64,000 nt of DNA. It comes from Candidatus Latescibacterota bacterium (GTDB taxonomy: Bacteria > Latescibacterota > UBA2968 > UBA8231). Below, piece after piece: positions 29,992-39,296 of the stretch. Made by a program: the position numbers and the translations under genes. Every line of letters begins with the position of its first letter. Position 1 is the first letter of the stretch. The notes beneath the pieces were generated by a model. The model was not told the DNA's origin, did no database searches, and was given only the letters and a program-made list of their open reading frames with translations. The stretch is from the NCBI GenBank assembly GCA_965219385.1, contig CBDCNM010000002.1, positions 32,639-96,638 of the forward strand. Direction: 5' to 3'.

Positions 29992-31140
29992 CTACCAGTT
30001 GGTATAGGAGCCATCCCGGCGGTGCAGGTGGGGTGCCTCCCAGAATTTGAATGCTTCCCCGGCCATATCTTCATTGAACTCGACCCCCAGGCCCGCTCCC
30101 TCAGGCAGGGGGAACCCCGTGCCCTCCAGTTCGTGCTGGACCGGAAAGAGTTCGGGGTCGAATTTGAACTCTCGGTCCCGCGCTTCCAGCCAGGCGAAGT
30201 TGGGCACGGCGGCGCCTAAGTGGACGTGCGCGGCCGTGCTGATGGGCCCCAGGGGGTTGTGCGGCATCATGTCGATGTAGTGGGCCTCGCACCAGCCGGC
30301 CACCTTCATGGCCTCGGTAAAACCTCCCACATTGCACACATCCAGGCGCGCGAAGTTGGTCAGGCCCTGCTCGATATAGGGCACAAAGGCCCACTTGCTG
30401 GCGAACTCCTCGCCGATGGCAAAGGGCACCGCGGTCATCTGGCGCAGGGCGGCATAGGCCTCGGGGGTTTCGTCGCGGATGGGCTCCTCCAGAAAGTCCA
30501 GGGTGCCCGCGGGCAGCATCTGACAGAAGGAGGCGGCTTCGGCCACGCTGAGGCGGTGGTGGTAGTCGATGCCCAGCACCGGGGCGCGGCCCAGGGCTTC
30601 GCGGACCTTGATCATCCACTCGGCGGTGAGGGCGATGGACTCGCGCGGTTCGTAGAGGTTTTCGTCTGCGCCGGTGTCCGGATGGCCGGGACCGAAGCGG
30701 ATGACGTTCCAGCCCTCTTCGATCATGGCCCGGGCTTCTTCGACGACTTCGGGCCCGCTGAGAGTGGAGCCCGCGGTGGGGAAACAGGGGATGGAGTCGC
30801 GCTGGGCCCCGCCCAGGAGCTGGTACACCGGCACCTCCAGGGTGCGGGCCAGCAGATCGTACAGAGCGATGTCGATGGCCGAGATGGCGCCGGCGAGGAT
30901 CCGTCCGCCCTCGAAGTACTGGCCGCGGTACATCTCCTGCCAGAGGGCGCCGATGCGCCTGGGGTCCCGGCCCACCAGGAATTCGCGAAAGTGATCCACC
31001 GCGCCCTGCACGGCCAGTTCGCGGCTGGAAACGCCGGATTCGCCCCAGCCGTAGTGGCCGTCGTCGGTTTCGATCTTCACGATGAGTTGGTTTCTGTGAG
31101 TGGCCCAGATGGGATAGGTCTTTATCTGCGCGATTTTCAT
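29992..31140 (-). CDS. enolase-superfamily sugar-acid dehydratase (ManD / D-galactonate dehydratase-like)
   Basis: ATG 31140 with AAGGAG upstream (MKIAQIKTYPI…). Metal-ligand D/E/D pattern of the mandelate-racemase subgroup. Confidence 0.8.
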   Translation of the reverse strand: MKIAQIKTYPIWATHRNQLIVKIETDDGHYGWGESGVSSRELAVQGAVDHFREFLVGRDPRRIGALWQEMYRGQYFEGGRILAGAISAIDIALYDLLARTLEVPVYQLLGGAQRDSIPCFPTAGSTLSGPEVVEEARAMIEEGWNVIRFGPGHPDTGADENLYEPRESIALTAEWMIKVREALGRAPVLGIDYHHRLSVAEAASFCQMLPAGTLDFLEEPIRDETPEAYAALRQMTAVPFAIGEEFASKWAFVPYIEQGLTNFARLDVCNVGGFTEAMKVAGWCEAHYIDMMPHNPLGPISTAAHVHLGAAVPNFAWLEARDREFKFDPELFPVQHELEGTGFPLPEGAGLGVEFNEDMAGEAFKFWEAPHLHRRDGSYTNW

Positions 31141-31355
31141 CTCAGGGTGGACTCCTTGTTCTCCTCGCAAATGCTGGCCAGGCAGCGCGCTTTCGGACTC
31201 GTAGATAGTAATGTTTCGGGACGGAGAAGGCAATAGGGCTGACAAAGCAATTTGCAGGGCGCTCAAGTGATTTTTAGCTTGACAGGGATCACCTTATGGA
31301 AAGTTTATATAGGGGACTTTTTCTCAATAATTCCTCATCCAACAGGAGGTGCAAC

Positions 31356-32645
31356 ATGGAAGTTTCGATTCTGACCACTGCCGGGGTCCTGGTGGTCTTT
31401 GTGCTGGTGCTCATGGGCATCATCAAGGCCAACCTCTTCATCTGCCAGCCCAACGAGGTGCTGATCTTCTCGGGCCGGCGGCGCACCACCAGAGACGGGG
31501 GCCAGGTCGGCTACCGGGTGATCAAGGGCGGGCGCGGCTTCCGCATCCCGCTCCTGGAGCGGGTGGACCGCCTGGACCTGCGCACCCTGCCGCTCGAGGT
31601 GAGCATTTCCAATGCCTACTCCAAAGGCGGCATTCCCCTGGGCATCCAGGGGGTTGCCAATGTGAAGATCGCCGGGGAAGAGCCTCTGCTGGGCAACGCC
31701 CTGGAGCGCTTCCTGGGCAAGCCGCTGGGCGAGATCCAGGATATTGCCAAGGACACCCTCGAAGGCAATCTGCGCGGGGTCCTGGCCAGCCTGACACCCG
31801 AAGAGGTCAACCAGGACCGGCTGAAATTCGCCCAGTCCCTCATCGAGGAGGCCGACGCGGATCTGCAGAAGCTGGGGCTGGTGCTGGATACCCTCAAGAT
31901 CCAGAATGTCTCGGACGAGGTGGGCTACCTGGACGCTATTGGCCGGCGGCAGACCGCGGCCGTGCTCAAGGAGGCCGAGGTGGCCGAGGCCGAGAACAAG
32001 GCCGAGGCCCAGGAGAAATCGTCTGAAGCCGGGCGCCGGGGCAAGGTGGCCGAGGCCCAGGCCCAGATCAAGATTGTCGATGCCCAGAACGAGTTGCGCA
32101 TCCGCAAGGCCGATCTGGACGGCGAGGGCACGGCGGCGGAGAAGCGGGCCGAGCAGATGGCGCGCAAGGCCGAGGTCCAGGCCCAGCAGGAGGTGGAACA
32201 GGAGCGTCTGAACCTGCAGAAGAAGCAGCTGGAGAACGAGGTGATCGAGCCGGCGCGGGCCGCCAGGGCGGCGGCGGAGTTGCGCGCCAAGGCCGAGGCC
32301 GCGCAGATCCTGGAGAATGGCCTGGCCGAGATCGAGGTGCTCAGGCAGAAGAGCGAGTTGTGGAAGACCGCCGGGACCAGCGGCAAGGAGTTGATGCTGA
32401 TCCAGATGCTGCCCGGCATCGTGGACCGGGTCGCGGAAATGACCAAAGACATGAAGATAGACCACCTGGCCGTGGTGGACTCCGGGTCGAATGGGGACGG
32501 TGGAGGCGGTTTGCAGAGTGTGTTCAAGCAGATCGGCGGCCTGACGCCGGCCCTGTTCGAAACCATCAAGGCGACCACCGGGGTGGATCTGGCGGCTACC
32601 CTGGCCAACGACAAAGAGGAGATCCCGGAAAAGGCCACCACCTGA
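31356..32645 (+). CDS. flotillin-like SPFH/band-7 protein
   Basis: AGGAGG upstream of ATG 31356. N-terminal TM. SPFH domain, then long Ala/Glu/Gln/Lys coiled-coil (AEAQAQIKIVDAQNEL…). Confidence 0.85.
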   Translation: MEVSILTTAGVLVVFVLVLMGIIKANLFICQPNEVLIFSGRRRTTRDGGQVGYRVIKGGRGFRIPLLERVDRLDLRTLPLEVSISNAYSKGGIPLGIQGVANVKIAGEEPLLGNALERFLGKPLGEIQDIAKDTLEGNLRGVLASLTPEEVNQDRLKFAQSLIEEADADLQKLGLVLDTLKIQNVSDEVGYLDAIGRRQTAAVLKEAEVAEAENKAEAQEKSSEAGRRGKVAEAQAQIKIVDAQNELRIRKADLDGEGTAAEKRAEQMARKAEVQAQQEVEQERLNLQKKQLENEVIEPARAARAAAELRAKAEAAQILENGLAEIEVLRQKSELWKTAGTSGKELMLIQMLPGIVDRVAEMTKDMKIDHLAVVDSGSNGDGGGGLQSVFKQIGGLTPALFETIKATTGVDLAATLANDKEEIPEKATT

Positions 32646-32659
32646 CGAGGACGAGTGCC

Positions 32660-33193
32660 ATGGATATTCTGTTCTACATCTATCTGGCCTGTTTTATCGT
32701 GGGCGGCGTGGTGGTCCTGCTTGCGGCCCTGGGCGGCGCGGGCGCAGATCTGGGAGTGGATGCGGATGCGGCGGATCTGGGAGAGAGCGTGGGTTTTCTG
32801 TCGTTTGTGCCCCTCCGCAAGATCTTCTTCTTCGCCTGCTTCTTCGGCCTGATGGGCCTGGTGGGCGGGCTGGTGATGGGCACAGTGACGACCCTGCTGG
32901 TCTCTGTGGGCATGGGCGCTCTGTGCGCCTGGCTCGGCGATCTGGCCCTGCGCAATTTGGCCGGCACCAGTGTTACCAGTGCGGTGGAGCCGGAAGACTA
33001 CCCGGGGCTGGAAGCCATGGTCACAGTACCTATATCAAAAGGAGGGCGCGGCAAGGTTTCCTGTGTGGTAAAGGGCCGGACCACCGAACTCTCCGCCCGC
33101 CTGCCAGAGGGCGCCCGCGAGGAGCCTGCCGGAGCCTGGGTGCTCATCCTGGAGGTGGAGGACGGGGTGGCTACGGTGGAAGCCAAGGCGTAG
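32660..33193 (+). CDS. NfeD-like membrane protein (flotillin partner, OB-fold)
   Basis: Immediately downstream of the flotillin gene. Three TM segments then soluble C-domain. Confidence 0.65.
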   Translation: MDILFYIYLACFIVGGVVVLLAALGGAGADLGVDADAADLGESVGFLSFVPLRKIFFFACFFGLMGLVGGLVMGTVTTLLVSVGMGALCAWLGDLALRNLAGTSVTSAVEPEDYPGLEAMVTVPISKGGRGKVSCVVKGRTTELSARLPEGAREEPAGAWVLILEVEDGVATVEAKA

Positions 33194-33259
33194 CACTTCA
33201 GGGGCGGCTGTTGCCACCGTTGGAAAAAACCAAAGTATCAATCACGAGGAGGATCGAGG

Positions 33260-34405
33260 TTGAGCACTAAAGAGTGGAGAACCCACCATCCCGGCGGCAG
33301 CAAAAAGGTGGTGGTGACCAAGGAACTACCGGGAACGCGCTGGCTGGAAGTCCTTACACAGGCCGATTGCAAGGTCCAGATTTGCACCTCTACGGATATT
33401 TTAAGTACCGACGAGATCCAGGATGCAATAAGCGCTCAGTGCCACGGCGCCATCGGGCAGTTGACCGAGACCTGGGGCGAGGAACTCTTTGGCGCCCTCC
33501 ACGCGGCAGGGGGCCGGGTCTACAGCAACTACGCGGTCGGCTACAATAATGTGGATGTAGAGCTCGCCACCCGGCACGGCATTGCCGTGGGCAATACCCC
33601 GGGGGTGCTGACCGAGACCACCGCGGAAATGGCGGTAGCCCTCACCTTTGCGGCCGCGCGCCGGGTGGTGGAAGCCGACGCCTTTATGCGCGGTGGTCAC
33701 TACAAAGGCTGGCTGCCCACCCTGTTTATGGGCGAGCTTCTCAAGGGCAAGACCGTCGGGGTCATCGGCGCGGGCCGCATCGGCGCAGCCTATGCCCGGA
33801 TGATGGTCGAAGGCTTCAAGATGGACCTGATATACTACGACCTCTACCAGAACCAGGCGCTCGAGGAGTACGTGGCCGCCTATGGAGCCTTTCTGCAGGC
33901 CCGGGGCGAGGAGGCTTTGCGTTGCACCCGCGCCGCCACGGCCGAAGAGGTGCTGCAAACGGCCGATGTGGTCAGCCTGCACCCTGTGCTCGACGATACC
34001 ACCCACCACCTGATTGACAGCGAACACCTGAGTTTGATGAAGGACAATGCCATCCTGGTCAATGCCAGCCGCGGACCAGTGATCGATGAGGCGGCCCTGG
34101 TTGCCCACTGCCGGCAGCACCCCGATTTCCGGGTGGGGCTGGATGTATTCGAGGACGAGCCCGAGATGAAGCCGGGCCTGAACCAACTGGACAATGCGGT
34201 GATTGTGCCGCACATTGCCTCGGCAACCGGCTGGACCCGGCAGGGCATGGCCACCCTGGCCGCCAGCAATGTGGCGGGGATCCTTAAAGGGTATCCGGTC
34301 TGGCAGGATGCGGATGTCCTGAAATTCCTGGAAGACGCTCCGCCCCAGGCAGCGCCGAGCATTGTGAATGCAGGGGAGGTGGGGGTGTCGATCTACGGTG
34401 GTTGA
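33260..34405 (+). CDS. D-isomer-specific 2-hydroxyacid dehydrogenase (glycerate dehydrogenase / hydroxypyruvate reductase-like)
   Basis: TTG start with AGGAGG upstream. NAD motif GVIGAGRIG. Catalytic R/E/H context. Confidence 0.8.
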   Translation: MSTKEWRTHHPGGSKKVVVTKELPGTRWLEVLTQADCKVQICTSTDILSTDEIQDAISAQCHGAIGQLTETWGEELFGALHAAGGRVYSNYAVGYNNVDVELATRHGIAVGNTPGVLTETTAEMAVALTFAAARRVVEADAFMRGGHYKGWLPTLFMGELLKGKTVGVIGAGRIGAAYARMMVEGFKMDLIYYDLYQNQALEEYVAAYGAFLQARGEEALRCTRAATAEEVLQTADVVSLHPVLDDTTHHLIDSEHLSLMKDNAILVNASRGPVIDEAALVAHCRQHPDFRVGLDVFEDEPEMKPGLNQLDNAVIVPHIASATGWTRQGMATLAASNVAGILKGYPVWQDADVLKFLEDAPPQAAPSIVNAGEVGVSIYGG

Positions 34406-34502
34406 GACTGCCGGAAGATTTGACCGATCAGGGCTCGCTCCATAAATTGAGTGCTTTCAAGAACCTGTGAAAGAATGCGAGGCTCTTAGAAAGCGCAATT
34501 AG

Positions 34503-35738
34503 ATGTCATTAAGACTCATCCGCCAGGCCCTCAACGGCCGCCCGCCGTCCCGGATGTGGCATGTCCACCCGCTCAAGGAGCACTACGATGTGGTGATCAT
34601 CGGCGGTGGAGCCCACGGCCTGGCCTGCGCTTACTACCTGGCCAAAGAGCACGGCATCACCGACGTGGCGGTGCTCGATAAGAGCTACATCGGGTCCGGC
34701 GGCAGCGGTCGCAACACCGCCATCATCCGCAGCAACTACCTCACCCCCGAAGGCGTGCTCTTCTACAACGAGAGCGTCAAGCTCTACGAGCGCATGGCCA
34801 TCGACCTGGACTTCAACGTGATGTTCAGCCAGCGCGGCCACCTGACCCTGGCCCACACCGCCGGCGCGGTCAATACCATGCGCCGGCGGGCCGAGGTCAA
34901 CCAGCTCCAGGGGGTGGACTCGCGCCTGGTCTGGCCCGACGAGATCGCCTGTCTGTGCCCGCAACTGGATTTGAGCGACCACCCCCGCTACCCCATTCTG
35001 GCGGCGCTTTACCACCCGCCCGGCGGCATCGTTCGCCACGACGCCGTGGTCTGGGGCTATGCTCATCAGGCGGACAAGCGCGGGGTCCACATCCACCAGC
35101 AGACCGAAGTAACCGGTATCCAGGTCCAGAACAACAAGGTACAGGGGGTGGAGACCAACCGGGGATTCATCAAAACCGGGATGGTGCACAATGCCACGGC
35201 CGGCTGGGGGTCTACCATCGCGGCCATGGCCGGGCTCCAGCTGCCCATGAATACCTTTCCCCTGCAGGCCTGCGTGACCGAGCCGCTCAAGCCCTTCCTG
35301 GACGTGGTGGTGGTCTCGGGCAGCCTGCACATATACGTGAGCCAGTCCAACCGGGGCGAGCTGGTGATGGGCGCCAGCGTCGACCCCTTTGCTTCCTACA
35401 GTCTGGATTCTTCCCTGGACTTTCTTGAGGGCCTCGCCGGCCACATGCTCGAACTTTTCCCCTTCCTGAGCCAGGTCCGGGTCCTGAGGCAGTGGGCCGG
35501 CCTGTGCGAAATGCCGCCGGACTACAGCCCGCTCATGGGTTTTACCCCGGTGGAGGGTTTCCTGCTGGACGTGGGCTGGGGCACCTATGGCTTCAAGGCC
35601 TCGCCCATCTGCGGCGTGACCATGGCCGAGTTGATCGCCACCGGCCGCACCCCGGACCTGATCGCTCCCTTCCGGCTGTCGCGCTTTGCCGAGCGCGCCC
35701 TGGTCGGGGAAAAAGGGGCTGCGTCGGTGGGGCACTAG
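34503..35738 (+). CDS. soxB: sarcosine oxidase beta subunit
   Basis: FAD motif DVVIIGGGAHGLACAYYLA. Length and downstream soxD-soxA. Confidence 0.85.
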   Translation: MSLRLIRQALNGRPPSRMWHVHPLKEHYDVVIIGGGAHGLACAYYLAKEHGITDVAVLDKSYIGSGGSGRNTAIIRSNYLTPEGVLFYNESVKLYERMAIDLDFNVMFSQRGHLTLAHTAGAVNTMRRRAEVNQLQGVDSRLVWPDEIACLCPQLDLSDHPRYPILAALYHPPGGIVRHDAVVWGYAHQADKRGVHIHQQTEVTGIQVQNNKVQGVETNRGFIKTGMVHNATAGWGSTIAAMAGLQLPMNTFPLQACVTEPLKPFLDVVVVSGSLHIYVSQSNRGELVMGASVDPFASYSLDSSLDFLEGLAGHMLELFPFLSQVRVLRQWAGLCEMPPDYSPLMGFTPVEGFLLDVGWGTYGFKASPICGVTMAELIATGRTPDLIAPFRLSRFAERALVGEKGAASVGH

Positions 35739-35746
35739 GAGGCATC

Positions 35747-36025
35747 ATGCTGATTCTGGAATGTCCGAATTGCGGGGCCCGAAACGCCGGCGAATTCCGC
35801 TTTGGAGGCGAGTACAATCCGCGGCCCTGGGATCCCATGCAGTGCGGCGATGCCGAGTGGCTCAGGTATCTCTACCTGCGCGACAACGCCATGGGCGTGC
35901 AAAAGGAATGGTGGTACCACAACTCCGGCTGCGGTCTGTGGTTTGTGGCCGAGCGCCACACCCGGACCAGCGAGGTGTTGCGAACCTACCTGTGGGCCCT
36001 GGACACACCCAGTGGAGATGCCTGA
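35747..36025 (+). CDS. soxD: sarcosine oxidase delta subunit
   Basis: 92 aa MLILECPNCGARNAGEF… with Cys-rich N-terminus. AGGAGG upstream. Stop overlaps soxA start. Confidence 0.8.
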   Translation: MLILECPNCGARNAGEFRFGGEYNPRPWDPMQCGDAEWLRYLYLRDNAMGVQKEWWYHNSGCGLWFVAERHTRTSEVLRTYLWALDTPSGDA

Positions 36026-38939
36026 AGTGCAGCCCGAACAACTCGTCGCCAGCGAATCCGGTCCAAACCGGGCCCCCAACCGTCTCCCCGAGCAAGAAGG
36101 CGAGGCGATCGACCGTTCCACCTCGATCCACTTTTCCTTCGATGGCAAAGCCTACAGTGCCCACCCGGGCGATACCATTGCCTCGGCCCTGACCGCAGCC
36201 GGCGTCCAGGTCCTCAGCCGCTCCTTCAAGTACCACCGCCCGCGCGGGGTGCTCTGCTGCGCCGGGCACTGTCCCAACTGCCTGGTACAGGTAGGCGACG
36301 AACCCAATGTGCGGGCCTGCCAGCGGCCGGTGGAGGCGGGCATGGAGATGGAGTCGCAAAACGCGTGGCCCTCGCTCGAGCGCGACTGGCTGGCCCTGAA
36401 CCAGTTGGGCGCCCGCTTCACGCCAGTGGGGTTCTACTACAAGACCTTTATGCGACCGGTTGCGTTGTGGCCTTTGTACGAGGGCATCCTGCGCCGCGCC
36501 GCCGGCCTGGGCAGGGTGAATCTCGAGGCTCCCTGGGGCGCCTTCGACAAGCAGTACCTGCACGCGGATGTGGCCGTGGTCGGGGGCGGTCCGGCCGGTA
36601 TCAGCGCGGCCCGGAGCGCCGCCGAAGCAGGCGGACGGGTGCTGCTCTTGGATGAGAACCCGGCCCTGGGGGGGCACCTGCGTTTTAAATCCGGCGCAAG
36701 GTCCGATTTGATCGGCGCCCTGGCACAGCACCCGAACATCGAGGTTTTTAGCGATACCGCGGTCCTGGGCTGGTACAGGGACAACTGGCTCGCGGCGGTC
36801 CGGGGTCGGCGGCTGTTCAAGATCCGGGCCCGGGCCCTGGTGGTGGCGACCGGGGCCTATGAAAAGCCGCTGGTCTTCGACGACAACGATTTGCCCGGGG
36901 TGATGCTCGGCAGCGCAGTGCAGCGCCTGCTCCACGTCTTTGGCGTGGCCCCGGGCAAGCGGGCCGTGGTCCTGACCGCCAACGACGATGGCTGGGCCGT
37001 GGCCGAGGACCTGGTAAAGGCAGGGGTGGAGGTGGCCGCCATGGTGGACCAGCGCCGGCGTGACGCCGCGCCCGAGCTGGAGTTGAACGGAGCAGCGGTA
37101 TTCTACCAGCACACCATCCAGGCTGCCCGCGGCTCGGGCAGGGTGCGCAGCGCCGCGATCGCCTCAGTGGACCCCCAGGGCCGGATTGATCCGACCAGCA
37201 CCCGGGCAATCCACTGCGACCTGATCGCCATTAGTGCCGGCTGGACCCCGGCCGCGGACCTGGTCTACATGGCCGGGGGGAAGCCGGTCTACGATGAGGA
37301 GCGGGCCGAAATGCGGCTGGAGAATCTGCCGCCGGGTCTGTACGCGGCCGGCCGCGTCAGCGGAACCCACGAAGTCGAGCTCCAGATGCAGGAGGGCCGC
37401 CTGGCCGGCGCCGGCGCCGCGGGGTTTTGCGGCCTGGGAAACGCCCCGCCCGACGCCGCGCGGGAAGCCCTGGAAAGGGACAAAGCCCAGGAGAAACAGC
37501 GCACCTCAGAGCGGGTTTGCATCCCCGGCAAAAAGAAGCGGTTTCTATGCTTTTGCGAGGATGTCACCGACCAGGACCTGGAAACCGCCCTGGCCGAAGG
37601 CTATGACAGCATCGAACTGCTCAAGCGCTACAGCACCATTTCGATGGGGCCGTGCCAGGGCAAGATGTGTTCCATGAACGCCCTGCAGCTGTGCGCCCAG
37701 GCCCGGGGGCAGACCGTGCAGGAGACCGGCCGCACCACCTCGCGGCCCCCTGCCAACCCGGTGACTCTGGGCGCCCTGGCCGGCCAGAACATGGAACCGG
37801 TACAGCGGACCCCGATCCACGACTGGCACCTGGACCGCGGCGCCAGGATGATGGTGGCCGGCCTCTGGCTGCGCCCCGAACACTACGGCGACGCGGCGGC
37901 CGAGGTGCGGGCGGTGCGCGAGCGGGTCGGCCTGATCGATGTGAGCACCCTGGGCAAGATACAGCTTACCGGCCCCGGGGTGCCGGATCTGCTCGAGCGT
38001 CTCTACGTGAACCAGTGGCGCAAGCTCGGGGTAGGGCGGGTGCGCTACGGGGTCATGTGCAATGACGAGGGCGTGGTGCTGGACGATGGGGTGTGCGCCC
38101 ATTTGCAGCAAGAAGAGTGGTACATGAGCACCACCTCCTCGGGCGCCAGCGGAGTCTTCGAGTGGATCCAGTGGTGGGTCCAGTCGGGGTGGGGCGAGGG
38201 GGTGCACCTGACCGATCTGACCGACGACTTCTCCGCTTTCAACCTGAGCGGCCCGCAGGCCCGCGCGGCCTTGCGGCAGTTGACCAAGCGCGACCTGAGC
38301 AACAAGGCGGTTCCCTATATGCGCGTGCGCTCGGCCCGGGTGGCCGGGGTGCCCTGTCGTCTGCTGCGTATCGGCTTCACCGGCGAGCTGTCCTACGAGG
38401 TCCACTGTCCGTCCGCCCATGCCCTCCACGTGTGGGAGGCCCTGATGGAGGCCGGGGAGAAATTCGGCATCGTCCCCTTCGGGGTGGAAGCCCAGCGGAT
38501 CCTGCGGCTGGAGAAGGCCCACATCATCGTAGGCCAGGACACCGACGCCATGTCCAACCCACTCTCGGCCGACATGGAGTGGGCCGTGAAGCTCGACAAG
38601 AGCGACTTTCTGGGCAAGCGCGAGCTGGTGCAAATCGCGGCCGAGGGCCTCAAAAAGCGGTTGGTGGGTTTCAAAATGGTCCTTCGGGACAGCGTCCCGG
38701 AAGAGGGTCTGCAAATCGTCGCGCCCGGGGCCGGCGACAGTCTGGACATCATCGGCTGGGTCACCTCCAGCCGCTTCAGCCCCAGCCTGCAGGAAGCCAT
38801 CGGGCTGTGCTGGTTGCCGGTCGAGGTGGCCGCCCGGGAAGGCACCTCTTTTGCGATTTATCGGAACGGTAAGCTGGAAGAAGCGCGGGTCCACCACGGG
38901 GCTTTTTACGACCCCGAAGGCGAAAGGTTGAAAATGTAG
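36018..38939 (+). CDS. soxA: sarcosine oxidase alpha subunit
   Basis: 973 aa. 2Fe-2S-like Cys cluster, FAD/NAD Rossmann motif VAVVGGGPAGISAA, C-terminal aminomethyltransferase (GcvT-like) domain. Confidence 0.85.
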   Translation: MPEVQPEQLVASESGPNRAPNRLPEQEGEAIDRSTSIHFSFDGKAYSAHPGDTIASALTAAGVQVLSRSFKYHRPRGVLCCAGHCPNCLVQVGDEPNVRACQRPVEAGMEMESQNAWPSLERDWLALNQLGARFTPVGFYYKTFMRPVALWPLYEGILRRAAGLGRVNLEAPWGAFDKQYLHADVAVVGGGPAGISAARSAAEAGGRVLLLDENPALGGHLRFKSGARSDLIGALAQHPNIEVFSDTAVLGWYRDNWLAAVRGRRLFKIRARALVVATGAYEKPLVFDDNDLPGVMLGSAVQRLLHVFGVAPGKRAVVLTANDDGWAVAEDLVKAGVEVAAMVDQRRRDAAPELELNGAAVFYQHTIQAARGSGRVRSAAIASVDPQGRIDPTSTRAIHCDLIAISAGWTPAADLVYMAGGKPVYDEERAEMRLENLPPGLYAAGRVSGTHEVELQMQEGRLAGAGAAGFCGLGNAPPDAAREALERDKAQEKQRTSERVCIPGKKKRFLCFCEDVTDQDLETALAEGYDSIELLKRYSTISMGPCQGKMCSMNALQLCAQARGQTVQETGRTTSRPPANPVTLGALAGQNMEPVQRTPIHDWHLDRGARMMVAGLWLRPEHYGDAAAEVRAVRERVGLIDVSTLGKIQLTGPGVPDLLERLYVNQWRKLGVGRVRYGVMCNDEGVVLDDGVCAHLQQEEWYMSTTSSGASGVFEWIQWWVQSGWGEGVHLTDLTDDFSAFNLSGPQARAALRQLTKRDLSNKAVPYMRVRSARVAGVPCRLLRIGFTGELSYEVHCPSAHALHVWEALMEAGEKFGIVPFGVEAQRILRLEKAHIIVGQDTDAMSNPLSADMEWAVKLDKSDFLGKRELVQIAAEGLKKRLVGFKMVLRDSVPEEGLQIVAPGAGDSLDIIGWVTSSRFSPSLQEAIGLCWLPVEVAAREGTSFAIYRNGKLEEARVHHGAFYDPEGERLKM

Positions 38940-39296
38940 GCAGCGGCTTCCCGGGGCTCCCCCCAAGGTGCGGCCCGACTCGGCAAAAGAGTATGGGAAT
39001 TATATACAGTCCTACCCTTGACACGGGCCCGATTTCTTTGGGTAAAATTCCGCTGTAATCCAAATAGAGAGACCAAACCAGACAGCGCGAATAACTTGCC
39101 CGGCTGCATTAGTCAGTAATCGTATTTTTGACATCATTCAATGGAGGGTCTAATGGCACGAAAAGTCGCTTTAATTAGAGCTTATTCGAAAAGTATTGTT
39201 TAGATCAAAAAAATCTATACGGCGCAAAAAATAGGGATGTAAAAAAGTGCCATAACCATTTATCTTAGATGAAAGTTACTGACCGGTAATTTTCCC

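Noticed and set aside
1041-38966. Numerous long antisense or overlapping ORFs in the core high-GC region (e.g. 1041-1817, 2049-2891, 2943-3650, 4700-5401, 5521-6537, 12262-13125, 14551-15309, 15724-16875, 16981-17901, 18120-19115, 19096-20091, 20335-21075, 24084-24725, 24726-25442, 25964-26782, 26913-27749, 28638-29894, 30220-31236, 31335-32465, 33401-34213, 34509-35735, 35862-37112, 37545-38966)
   Set aside because: Each is antisense to or out of frame with a gene that has clear family signatures. Translations are low-complexity R/G/A/P-rich, typical of shadow ORFs in 60-65% GC DNA.
38940-39296. Searched for soxG or a tRNA at the island boundary
   Set aside because: No ORF with SoxG-like sequence and no tRNA-like GTTCRANYC / acceptor-stem pattern were found in this AT-rich 357-bp stretch.
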